64,000 nt of DNA from Zootoca vivipara. Lineage: Eukaryota. Below are positions 12,545-23,977 of the stretch, one piece after another. The stretch covers positions 51,894,001-51,958,000 of the forward strand of contig NC_083286.1 in the NCBI RefSeq assembly GCF_963506605.1, written 5' to 3'. The notes under the pieces were generated by a model. That model searched no databases. It worked only from the letters and a program-made list of their open reading frames with translations, and was not told where the DNA came from. Every line of letters begins with the position of its first letter. The stretch's first letter is position 1. The translations under genes were made by a program, and so were the position numbers.

Positions 12545-12680
12545 CAGGCATCCCCAAACTTCGGCCCTCCAGATGTTTTGGACTACAATTCCCATAATCC
12601 CTCACCACTGGTCCTGTTAGCCAAGGATCATGGGAGTTGTAGGCCAAAACATCTGGAGGGCCACAATTTGGGGATGCCTG
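12545..12680. mobile_element. URR1-like hAT MITE
   Basis: Near-palindromic CAGGCATCCCCAAA...TTTGGGGATGCCTG. TSD GTTTTGAC/GTTTTAAC. Confidence 0.88.
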
Positions 12681-13439
12681 GTTTTAACCATTCCATCAAT
12701 TAATGGAAATGGCATTTGAAAATTATCAAAGGGGAGAGAAAACGTGAGTAGAATTCTTATCGGTGGGGTGCAGGGTTTCTGCTGTACTTTGCTTCCTTTG
12801 GAAAAGGCTGAGAGGTGTTTGTGATTCTCTTGAGTCTCCTTTCCTTCTACAAATCCATTCTATAGTGGTCTATGCTCAACAGGATTCCTAGTTTCCTCTG
12901 CTTCCTGAAAACTCATGATGTCATCAGCTGAACAGGAAGGTGGGCCTACTCTGTTTGTTTGTTTAAAAAAAAAGTGAAGTCTTTTTACTCTTAAAGAAAT
13001 CAGTGGGGAGGGATCTTTTAAACAAGGCAAAAGGACTTCCCTTTCAATAACAACCTCTGCAAAGGTACCTTCTTGCGCTTTAATTAAAGCTCAGGGGAAG
13101 GCATCAGAAGGCAGCACCCCTGGGCATTTTCAGATCAGGAAGCACTGGCAGGCAAAGTGATTGCAGAGCAATGGAGAAAAGTTTAATGGAAATGAGCACA
13201 TATACAAAGTCTCCGTGCTCAGCAAACTATTAGGAAGAACTTTTGTGGATAATAATATTGGTATTTGGGAATGAGAATGGAAGCAAAGGTCCATCAGCAG
13301 GGAGCAGGTTATTCTCTCAGCTCCAGCAGTGATGAAGGTTCCCAAGCAGGTCAGTATTGTTTTGCATAAGCAGGAGACTGCTCAGACAGTTGACTGAGCC
13401 TGAAAAGCAAGATTTGGATGCTGATAATTTGCATAAATA

Positions 13440-13735
13440 CAGTGGTGCCTCGACTTACGAATTTAATCCATTCCGAAGGCACCTTCGTAGGTCAAAAAAT
13501 TTGTAAGTCGAAAAGCGAAATTGGAAACGCGATTTCCCATAGGAATGCATTGGAAACGGAAAAATCTGTAAGTCAAAGCAACCCCATCTAAAAATTCGTA
13601 AGTCGAAAAAACCCTATCTAAAACCGCTGCGCTTTCCGTTCAGATGTTGAGAAATCCGTAAGCATGCAGCCATTTGCCCCATTCATAAGTCAAAAAATTT
13701 GGTTGGCGAGTTGTTCGTAAGTCAAGGTACCACTG
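13440..13735. mobile_element. Tc1/mariner(Tigger)-type MITE
   Basis: TA-CAGTGGTGCCTCGACTTACGAA...TTCGTAAGTCAAGGTACCACTG-TA. Confidence 0.88.
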
Positions 13736-13874
13736 TAGTCTAGTTTTGTGTGGGGGCATAGTCACTTTGTGAACAAGATCTAGTAGATATAATTTCAGTT
13801 TGTGCTCCAGATGTTGGACAGGTTATAAAAACAAAACTGGCAAATGGTGGTCATTGATACTGTCTGATGTTACA

Positions 13875-13875
<1 letters not shown>

Positions 13876-13919
<44 letters not shown>
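13876..13919. repeat. (CAA)n microsatellite
   Basis: Direct read; it explains the poly-Q and poly-C ORFs. Confidence 0.98.
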
Positions 13920-14949
13920 GGAGAGGATTGCCAGATTAATACACACCACCAAAGGTTAGCATGTTGTGATATGATAAGAACAACCTGCAAAGATGTTTGA
14001 CAAGAGTCCATATATTCTTTGCCTGCATGGTCCAGCGAATAACTCTGATTAATATTTGCTCATTGATTCATGGCTAGTAGCATGTGGGCAAGATAGGACA
14101 TCATTGAATTGCAATGATGCTCGCTGTTTTATTAATAATAAACATTGAGCCTGTTATTAAAGTTCAACCAACCACCACACACAATGTACCCAAAAATTTA
14201 CTTTAGCTGGGTTTGTGTGTGTGTTTGTGTGTGTTGGGCAGCTTTTAGAGGAAGTCTCACAGGCAGCTCAAGTAGCACTGCTTATATTTTCTTTCATGTT
14301 TTAAGGAAATTTTTTCCAGTGAGGCTCCAACTGCTGTTCTTACCGGTGGATTTGACTCCTGGCCCCTGCAAAGTCGGGTTTTCAGCAAATGGGATTGGCT
14401 CTAATGAGCTTATCCTTGCTTCAGATTTGGGAAGAATATGCCTCCTGCCTGGGAGACAACATCCTAAATCTGCAGCTGAATGGCTTTATGGGATTCCGAT
14501 GGTAAAAGGGACCAGGACTAACTCATAGGCATAATGGTGTTAAAGCAAATTCTCCCCAGGCTATTAATTTCTGAGCTGCATATCAGGAGAAAGCAGGGAG
14601 AGAAAAAGAGAAAGGGAGAGAGCATGCTCTCCTGAAAAGGAATGTGACTTTAAAAGAAATCCCCTTATAGGAGAGGAAGAACTCAAATTAAGTATGATGA
14701 GATATTCTGGTCATGAACTGAAATATCTCGTAGTCTGAGAACGCTGGGTGTTTGTTTATTCAGTTTTTGCATTAGAGAGCAGTCAGGGCTTGGGATCAGG
14801 ACCACAATGCAGGAAAGGGTTTCTAAGGCTGCATTCACATGGCAGCATATTCAATTTTTTTCCAATTTCCCCCTAACTGTTAAGTTCTCCATTATATACT
14901 TGAGCCTTCACATAATGTAAGAGCCATTTCTGGGGCTATTGTAGAACAT

Positions 14950-15270
14950 AGGTAAAGGTAAAGGGACCCCTGACCATTAGGTCCAGTCATGACCAACTCT
15001 GGGGTTGCGGCGCTCATCTCGCATTATTGGTCGAGGGAGCTGACGTACAGCTTCCAGGTCATGTGGCCAGCATGACAAAGCCGCTTCTGGCGAACCAGAG
15101 CAGCACACGGAAACGCCATTTACCTTCCCACTGTATTTATCTACTTGCACTTTGACGTGCTTTCGAACTGCTAGGTTGGCAGGAGCTGGGACTGAGCAAC
15201 GGGATTCAAACCGCCAACCTTCTGATCGGCAAGCCCTAGGCTCTGTGGTTTAACCCACTGCGCCACCCGC
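14950..15270 (-). mobile_element. Sauria SINE
   Basis: GGTAAAGGTAAAGGGACCCCTGACC tail through ...TTAACCCACTGCGCCACC head. Confidence 0.92.
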
Positions 15271-15914
15271 TGTGGTGCAAGTTTAATGTGCAAGTTTAAT
15301 GTTCCTTTCCTATTTGCAAATAAAGCGGAAATGAGTGCTGAACTTAAGCTATATATTCCACTTTAATTTTGCTATATGCCACTTCAACATCATGCGACAG
15401 CTCAAAAAAGAATGTGGAAATTGGCAGTTAGGGATTGTGGTCCTGCCCCCTCCCCTCCTCCCCCAAAGAGAAAAGTCCCTCCCTGGTTGCTATTTGCATC
15501 AGGATGCAAGTGGCTCTTTGTGCAGGTGATGGCTCACAACAGCTTTGGGAAGGTGGCAATTTTCATTTGGACCACAATATGGCAGGGAAGGGCAGAAAAT
15601 TTCCTCCCAGCCTTCACAGTGGTTGTTATCTTGATTCCTCCCCATATGGCTGCTTTCCAGTTTTTTTAAAAAAACAATGCCAAATTACTAATTTAGTGTT
15701 ACGTGTAGTTTGGCCCTGCTGCTAAACTGCCCCTTAAGGGTCAAACATATCATAACTTTGCATATTATCCATGTATTGGTCGTGTTCAGCCAGAAAGATG
15801 GTGAGATGGTGCAATAAAGGCTATTTGGGTAAGAACAGCTAAATGTTCACTCTTGTTTCAGGCTGTTCCTTGAAGAACGCTTTGACCAAACTAGCTCTTA
15901 TGCCTGATGTAAAC

Positions 15915-16370
15915 TGGCTAAAGCATCTGTTTTGTCTGCAGAAGGATAGTAGGTTCAATCCTAGACATCTCCAGGTAGGTCTGGGAATGTTCCCTTTCTG
16001 GAACTCAGGAGAAACACAGCTAGACAGTGTTGACAAGACTGCACTGGATGGACGAATGGTCTGAATCACTGGTGGACGAAGTGGGGGTGGGGGGGTGGCC
16101 TGCCCCGGGTGCCATCTGGGGGAGTGACATCATCACCACCCTGCCCCCGGAATGCTCAATGTTCACCGTGCACCCCCAGGACGCTCGCCGCGCACCCCTG
16201 GGACGACTGCCCCTTGCTGCGCATCCCCGACAAGTGCCACGCCCTCACGGGCAGCGCACCACGCCCCCTGGGACGCGCCCCAGCCACGCCCCAGGATGTA
16301 CGCCGCTCCTGGTGCTGGAGCAGGGAGCTTCGCCACTGGTCTGAATCAGTATAAGGTGCCTTCCTATGAT
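15915..16370 (+). mobile_element. Squam3-like SINE split by a hAT insertion
   Basis: B-box-like GGTTCAATCC at ~15952. The body resumes after the insertion as CTGAATCAGTATAAGG...CTTCCTATG. Confidence 0.6.
16067..16338. mobile_element. CpG-rich hAT MITE
   Basis: Perfect 8-bp TSD GTCTGAAT (16059-16066, 16339-16346). Imperfect TIR ending CTTCGCCACTG. Confidence 0.85.
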
Positions 16371-17119
16371 TTTGACACTCTGACTAGACCACCACACTTT
16401 TTAAAAGGCCCTGGGGATTGAAAGAGCTTCCCTGTAAACAGAATGCATACTTCTAATTACTTTACCTGCAAACAAAATGGTAACTTCTGCGCAAAAGCAA
16501 TCTTTCTGATGAATGTACAACTAATTTGGGGCCTAAGACATTCTAATAGCTTTATTTTCTCCTCCTTCCTCCCCCATATTGATATGGTGTTTGGAAATTC
16601 CATCGACTTAGCAGCATAAATACATTAGCGTGGAGTGAATGCATTCATTTGGCTGCTGTAATACTCTGCTTAATGCTATCTTTCCTTATCTGATGTTCAT
16701 TTTAAAAGGCTTTCCCTCCAAGTGTAAGATATGTCAAGACGTGTATGGTATAAATATGTTGGAAGACTGATGTTTCCACGTGACATTCCTTTTATCTGAG
16801 TTCTGCAAGCTCAATAGCATCCAGTGAAAAGTACAAAAGAACCAACAATTGTACACACATCCTTTCTGCGGTGTAAAATATTCTCTCTACATGCAGAGCC
16901 ATGCAGAGAAAAGCGTCGCACATTCGTAAGCATATAATTAGCACGTATCACAGTGATCCTCTTGTCTTATCATCTACTGCAAAACTAGGTGAGAGCACTT
17001 TGGAAACACTCTTTTGGTGACAGAAAATCTGGCATCTGTTCTGCAAATGGTGCCCCAGGACTTTTAATCAATATCTTGGGCCAGCTTCAACTAAAAAAAA
17101 AGGAAAGGTTAGCAATCAT

Positions 17120-17570
17120 AATAATTTTAATTTATTAGCCCCTTTGCCCTAAGGTTCCAGGGTGAGTTACAACAATTTAAGGCAGCTTGAAAACTTATAA
17201 TATAAAAGTGGAATCACAAAAGTTAGGGTGGACCTTGAAAGTGTACATCACAGGTGTCAAAGAGGAGCAGCTTCAGCACAAAAAACTATATGATGAAGTT
17301 GTCAGGCACATCTGTGTGGGGAGGGAGTTCTGCAACTTAGGGGCTGCCACGGAGAATGTCCTCTTCTGGACCAACAAGAGAACCCTCTCTGCCAGTCTTA
17401 ATACCCAAGAGGAGTCTGTAGGGAAGAAGGTGGTCTTTCAGATATGCGGGGGTTGGGTCAATCAGGGCTTTAAATACTAATGTGAGCACCTTGAATTGGC
17501 CCTGGAAATGAACTGGCAACCAGTGTGGTTGTTTTAAAACTGGGGCTAAATGTGATCTCTGCTTCCCAGG
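17120..17570 (-). mobile_element. L2 LINE 3' fragment
   Basis: ORF 17337-17618 contains HWLPVHFQGQFKVLTLVFKAL..YLKDHL, the L2 ORF2 C-terminal motif. Confidence 0.8.
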
Positions 17571-17683
17571 TACCCATTTGGTGAGAACCAACATCTTTAT
17601 CACTATCCAGTAGAACACAAGAGGTTCGAGGTACCTCTCATACTTGGGAAGACAAGCAGAAAATGAAAAGTGAGTGAAGTGTA

Positions 17684-18169
17684 CAGTGGAATCTCCGCTT
17701 ACGAACTTACCGTGTTTCTCCGAAAATAAGACACCGTCTTATATTTATTCTTCCTCAAAAAAAACACATGGTGCCTTATTTTCAGGGGATGTCTTATTTT
17801 TATAATGCGTCCAGCCTCGCCTCATCCTTGGCGGCCTCCAGAACCGCGCCTATCACTATGTCTTATTTTTGGGGTATGGCTTATATTCCGCAAATGCTTA
17901 GAAATCCTGCTACGGCTTATTTTATGGATCTGTCTTATTATCGGGGAAACAGGGTACATGTAATTCGTTCCGGAGGTCTTTTCTTAACCTGAAACCGTTC
18001 TTATCCTGAGGCGTGCTTTTGCTAATGGGGCTTCCCGCTGCCACCAGCGCGCAACTTCCACTTGCATCCTGGGGCAAAGTTCGCTACCAGGAGCATCTAC
18101 TTCCGGGTTAGCAAGCTCATTACCTGAAGCGTTTGTAAGGAGGACGGTATGTAACCCGAGGTTCCACTG
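17684..18169. mobile_element. Tigger-type MITE with a nested second TA-targeting MITE (17710-17954)
   Basis: Outer TA-CAGTGGAATCTC...GAGGTTCCACTG-TA. Inner TA-CCGTGTTTCTCCGAAAATAAGAC...GTCTTATTATCGGGGAAACAGGG-TA. Confidence 0.85.
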
Positions 18170-18934
18170 TATCTATTTCTGAAATGCAAGGAGAATAAAG
18201 CAAGTAGATTCCCATTTTGTTTCTAATTCATGCCTATAAAAATAATAGAAACAATAGAAATGTTCATTTAATTCTCTTAGGGAGCGTTCCCCAAACTGAC
18301 AAGAAGCATTGTATCGCATTAGTTAACAAATCAATATGAATTGATATGTTCCTGGATCATTTTGTAGGGAAAGGGGATATTGGAACACTCTGAAAACGAA
18401 AAGAAATGTACACTGTTCAATCTGAATCACACATCCTGCAGTTCAATGTCTGCAAATGTCTCTGAGGCATTGCATTGCTTAGCAAATTTTTACATTCCAG
18501 GAAAGTTCTGTAGTGATCTTGGAGTGCTCTGAAAGTGACAAGACGTCAGCGCTGTAATCTGAAGCACAAAGCATAGGAAGCTTAGAGAGTATTGCCCCTG
18601 CTTAATTGTTTACAAAATAGTCATGCTTTGTCCAATCTGTCCAAAACGTGGCAGGCATTATGCCTTAGAGGAGTAATAACAGCACCTGAAATCTTCATGC
18701 TCTTGGTCGGGGGTGAACAAAAGTTATAGGCATCAGAAGGCGGACTGAGTAGCCATTGTAATCAGCGTTAAAATGAAAAATGAAAGGGAAGTGACACGAA
18801 ACAATGCAATCTAAAATAAATGGTGCTGCCAAAACAAAAACCCAATGTGAGAGGGCCAAGCAACAAACAGAAAATTGTACTTTTTACTGAATATTTTGAA
18901 GGGTTTTCTCTGAGGTCATGCGTTACATATCCTT

Positions 18935-19168
18935 AGCATGTAGAGATAAGACAGCCATTTTCCAATATATAAAGGGCTGTCCCATGGAAGATGGAGCAAG
19001 CTTGTTTTTGTCTGCTCTGGAGGGTAGGACCCAAACAATGGATTCAAGTTACAAGAAAGGAGATACCATCTAAACATCAGGAAGAACTTTCTCACAGAAA
19101 GAGCTGTTTGGAAGTGGGATAGACTTGGTGGATGGTAGACTCTCCTTCCATGGAGGTTTTTAAGCAGC
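18935..19168 (+). mobile_element. CR1 LINE fragment
   Basis: GGAGCAAGCTTGTTT..GGATTCAAGTTACAAGAAAGGAGA..AACATCAGGAAGAACTTTCT, CR1 ORF2 3' region. Confidence 0.85.
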
Positions 19169-19177
19169 ATTACAAGC

Positions 19178-19648
19178 CATACCCTCCAAAACGATGCAGG
19201 CCAAATCAAAGGCACCAACTTCATGCTTCAAGATCCTGCGTGAGTCACGTGACCTGTGTGAAATCACAGACCTGGGGGGGGGGGAATTGCTTTTTTTGGG
19301 GTGGAGAGATGACATCTTGGCCTGAAATCACATGAGAGCGAGACAGGGTGTCTCAGTTTTTCCGGGGCAGTTGACGGGTATGGCAACCATGTACAGTTTA
19401 TTCGTTCTGTGAGTCAATTAGTTTTGTGAAAAATTCGTCTAGCGAATCCCATAGGAATGCATTGAAAAAAAATTTTGCCTATAGGAACGCATTAATTGAC
19501 TTTCAATGCATTCCTATGGGAAACCGTGATTTGCTAGACAAATTTTTCACAAAACGAATTTGTCTAGCGAGGCAACCTCCGCTTGAAAAATCACTTCGTT
19601 AAGCGAAAATTTAATCTTGCCGGGCATTCGTCTAGCGAGGCACCACTG
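19178..19648. mobile_element. hAT-like MITE (19178-19382) next to a partial Tigger-type MITE
   Basis: CATACCCTCCAA/TTGACGGGTATG imperfect TIRs, then a CCCATAGGAATGCATTG internal motif and a CGAGGCACCACTG-TA terminus. Confidence 0.6.
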
Positions 19649-20480
19649 TATCATCTTCTACACTGATTTTGCAACTATCCTTCTACCTTGATTCTCCTGT
19701 ACATTTTAGAAACACATTGAGGCAGGTGAAGTTCAAAACTAGCATTCAAGACGCACAAGACACAAGGTTGATTCATCCCAGTATTGATGCCTTTGCTAAT
19801 ACATTTCTTTCAGTCCAAGGGGGGACTGCAGATGGCTGTGTCATCAGTAGGCCAGGACGGAGATGATCAGATTTTAATCTCCTTTCGGTTGGGTCCAGGC
19901 CAGAATCTGGGCTGCTTCCTCTCCCTTGGGCTCAGGCTGTCCAGAAGAGTGACATTCACCTTATGGTTCTGTGAGTGTGATTTGTGCTAGGTGGGAGTAT
20001 GAATTACACACTCGGCGTTGTGCAGACAAAGTGCCCATCTGCTGAGTGGTTTGGGGTGAGGGGTTTTTTTTTGCAAACGAAGGCAGCTGAAGCAAATTGG
20101 TCAACCCCCCACATTTCCCATAGCAAAGCAATCACCCGATGCTTGCCAAAATACAAAAAGCAACAACAACTAGGAGCATTGTTGTCGTGAATTTCCCTTT
20201 ACAGCCTGGAAGTGTGAACAAGAGGAAAACAGATGCAGGCGCAGCAGGAGAAACATTATGTGAATGAGCATACGCTCCTGGTAATGTCTCTGTGTTAGCT
20301 TAGCTAGCCACAATTCCGCCCCCCCTTACCTCTCCCTTTTCTAGTAGCAAGGAGTGGGGTGCTTGGGAAAGGTGGCTCGGTTTGGCTTCATATTGGAAAT
20401 AAGGTTCCACAGAAACAAAAAAGGCTCGTGCATATGACCCACCGAAGGGGAGAGCTCAGAATCAGAAAGAGAAAAATATA

Positions 20481-21652
20481 CAGTGGTACCTTGGTTTTCA
20501 AACAGCTTAGTTCACAAACAACTTGGAACCCGAAAGCTACAAAACCGGAAGAAGGTATTCCGGTTTTCGAACTTTTTTCGGAAGCCGAACGCGCTCCGTT
20601 TTGAGTCCACCTGTGTTTCCTGTTTGTCAAGGAGTATGGGCAGGAGTCAGGCTCTGGGGCCTGTAGTGCCTTGCAGGACTGGGGCCTGCCTCAGCTTGTG
20701 CTGGAAAAGCAAGGAGTGGCCACTCAGGTGAGGCCTCAGCTTGTGCTGGAGAGGCAAGGAGTAGCCACTCAGGTGAGGCCACTTGATACCTCACTGCACC
20801 TGGTGGCAGGAGCTGGGAGGGATAAAAGCTCAACATTTCCCTTCAGCTCTTTGCCACAGCAACACTATCCCTGCCTGGTTGCCTCTGGCCTCTTGCTCCT
20901 TGGACCCTTGCCTTGCTGACGCCTTGATCCTCGACCCTTGCCTTGCCGACACCTTGCTCCTTGACTCCCAGACCTTCGCCTCTGCCTTGCTCCTTGACCC
21001 TGCGACTGCCTGCTGCTGGACCCTCAGCCCTGCACCTGTTCCTGCTTCTACACCACCATCTTGCCTCTGGTCCTGACGCCCGCCGACTGGACCATGACAC
21101 TGTTGCGCTGCTAATTTGTGTGCCCCCCCCAATTATAATTCAAGCCTCCTGTTTTCGATTGCAGTGTTCTAAGGTATATTTGGAGCTTATATTTGGTACT
21201 TTTGTTTTTGCTATTTAATATGTGTTTTTTTGTTTTGAGGCTTTTTCAGTTAATTTGTTTTTGTGACTGTGTGGATCCCAGTTCAGCTACTGATTGATTG
21301 ATTGATTGATTGTGTGACTGCAGAAGTGGACAAAAGCCTCCCCTCCAAACAATGACTATCATCAGTGCAGGTAAGAAATTTTTTTAAAAAAGTTTTTTAA
21401 TACCTACAATACTGTTTTATTTATCTTATAGTATAGTACATTGATTATTGCTTTCATTTTATGGATCAATGCTCTCATTAGATAGTAAAATTCATGTTAA
21501 ATTGCTGTTTTAGGGTTTTTAAAAGTCTGGAACGGATTAATCCATTTTGCATCACTTTCTATGGGAAAGGGCGCCTTGGTTTTAGAATGCTTTGGTTTTG
21601 GAACAGACTTCCGAAACAGATTAAGTTTGAGAACCAAGGTACAGTACCACTG
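20481..21652. mobile_element. Tigger-type non-autonomous DNA transposon hosting a solo LTR
   Basis: TA-CAGTGGTACCTTGGTTTTCAAAC...GTTTGAGAACCAAGGTACAGTACCACTG-TA. Confidence 0.85.
20625..21099. mobile_element. Solo LTR (475 bp)
   Basis: TGTCA...TGACA termini with a perfect 5-bp TSD CTGTT (20620-20624, 21100-21104). Internal 45-bp and ~24-bp tandem repeats. Confidence 0.88.
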
Positions 21653-21659
21653 TATATGA

Positions 21660-21810
21660 GTCAGTGTAGTGGTTAGCAGGTTAGATTAAGACTTGGTAGA
21701 GCAAGGTTTGAATCCCCATTCAGCCATGAAGCTCACTGGGTGACCTTGGGTTGGTCACTAGTTCTCTGCCTAGCCTTCCTCATAGGGCTGCTGTGAAGAG
21801 CGGAGAGGAG
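21660..21810 (+). mobile_element. tRNA-derived SINE (Squam2/MIR-like)
   Basis: GTGTAGTGGTTAG A-box-like and GGTTTGAATCCC B-box-like motifs, then GCCATGAAGCTCACTGGGTGACCTTGGG. Confidence 0.65.
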
Positions 21811-21983
21811 ACATATGTACACCCAGTGCTTTTCTCTTAAAAAAAAGTTTAGGGGTACTCTCATTCCATCTGAGACTCAGGAAACACCATGACAGGAGAA
21901 GAGGCTGCCATCGGCGGTAGCAACAGAACTGACAATTCACCGTGCTAGAGAGGAAACTTAAAAAAATAAAATAAAATACTGTA

Positions 21984-22381
21984 CAGTGCTACCTCAGGTT
22001 AAGAACTTTTTTCGTTGTGGAGGTCTGTTCTTAACCTGAAACTGTTCTTAACCTGAGGAACCGCTTTAGCTAATGGGGCCTCCCACTGCCACTGTGCCAC
22101 CGCCACTGACGTACGAAGGCCAGGCAGTACCCGGTGCGGCGCCTGTGCGGCAGCCCGTACGGACTGCGTACGCGTGGGATGCCACACATGCACAGTCCGT
22201 ACGGGCTGCTGCTCGTGCACGGTGGCCGTATAGGTTGCTCCCATCGCTCCCCCTTGCCATGCCCCTGGCCACCGCTGCACGGTTTCTGTTCTCATCCTGA
22301 AACAAAGTTCTTAACCCAAGGTACTATTTCTGGGTCAGCAGAGTCTGTAACCCGAAGCGTCTGTAACCTGAGGTAACGCTG
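21984..22381. mobile_element. Tigger-type MITE with GC-rich core
   Basis: TA-CAGTGCTACCTCAGGTTA...TAACCTGAGGTAACGCTG-TA; same family as 58483-58713. Confidence 0.85.
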
Positions 22382-23616
22382 TATAATTTTTAGTTTCTTC
22401 TCCTGCCACCAGAGCACCTGTTGTATATGAAGAGGTAGCCATGCAAGCCATGGCTGGCAGCACACTGGCTCTTGGGCCACATGGGTGGAGCTTCTTGTAG
22501 GTACACTACGAAGAGCTGAGGCGGCTGGTACAGGGAGATCTGATGCGCCAGAGGGGCTCCAGTTGGGTGATTGGAGTCTGCGTCCAGCAGCTCCCAGGAG
22601 AGCCTGCATCTCAGAGGTTGCACTAAAAAACAGGGGTGGAGGACCCACAGTGACATGGTGATGCTGCTGTCCCTTTTGCACCTTGCCCCGGGTGCTGGCA
22701 ACCCATGCTACGCCACTGAACTTTCATACGTTCCATTTTGGTTTTGCCCTCCAAATAGTTCAAGAAGTCAAAGTGCAAGGTGGGTTCGTCCGCTCTGGAG
22801 TTTGAGCTCTGCCTGTGAAGAGTGAAAAATGCTGGCTTAATCTCTTCCGTTCTTGATTCATTGTAAATAAATGCATATTGTTGTCATCTATATGCAGGCT
22901 CGCCTAAGTAGAGTGGAAGTAATTTCTCCTGCTGCAAGAAGAGTGCTATATATCATCAGATGCTCATTTTTTCTGTTTCTTTCTTTTGCTAACACTTCCC
23001 CTCCCGGGCCCCTCCCTTGTTTAGGAGGCACAAATGAACCTTTTTCTAGGATATGAAAATCTCGCCTAGTCAAACAGAGGAAAAATGAGTTTCTAGATGA
23101 GGAGTGCAGTGTTTCTGATGAGACCCAATTACCCCATTCAGTTCCATCAGAGTCTGAACAAAATTGCCTCGGGTTAATCTGACGCACATTTTTATTGAAA
23201 CTCTGTGATCTGGAAAGTAAAACGTTTATATTTACATATTTGAAAAGTCGAGGGATATTGACTTGCTTTGATGCCAAGTGTAATGGGAAGAGGGGTAGAT
23301 CCTGCCCATTTGAGAACTGAACTAGATATTATGTGTGAGATACAAGGAGTGTCTCCCCACCAGATTTTGTGGGGGGGGGGTGCAGTCCTGGTGGGTTCTG
23401 AGTTCAAGGAAAGCAGCAGCAGCAGCTGGGGAGATGAGGTGCTAAAGATTTTCCCCATGGGCTATTTCTCCAATCAAAATTGACCGCAGGTACCTTTCTC
23501 TATGAAGGAAAGAAATACGTGTATTATTATATTAATTTATATACCACTTAATGCCAAATTAGGCTTCTAAGTAAAAAAAAAGGTGGAAATATTAAAACAT
23601 CCATAATTAAAATACG

Positions 23617-23977
23617 GGGACCCAGGTGGCGCTGTGGGTTAAATCACAGAGTCTAGGGCTTGGTGATCAGAAGGTCGGCGGTTCGAATCCCTGCAACTGG
23701 GTGAGCTCCTGCTGCTTGGTCCCAGCTCCTGCCCACCTAGCAGTTCGAAAGCACATCAAAGTGCAAGTAGATAAATAGGGACCGCTCCGGTGGGAAGGTA
23801 AACGGCGTTTCCGTGCGCTGCTCTGATTCACCAGATGCGGCTTTGTCATGCTGACCACATGACCCGGAAGCTGTCTGCGGACAAACGCCGGCTCCCTCGG
23901 CCTATAGAGTGAGATGAGCACCGCAACCCCAGAGTCGGACACGACTGGTCCTGATGGTCAGGGGGCCCTTTACCTTT
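23617..23977 (+). mobile_element. Sauria SINE
   Basis: GGGACCCAGGTGGCGCTGTGG A box, GGTTCGAATCC B box, CCTTTACCTTT tail. TSD TAA(T/C)TAAAATAC. Confidence 0.95.

Noticed and set aside
23617-23700. tRNA genes at GGTTCGAATCC motifs (also near 29890 and 53925)
   Set aside because: These are tRNA-derived heads of Sauria SINEs, continuous with SINE body, tail and TSD.
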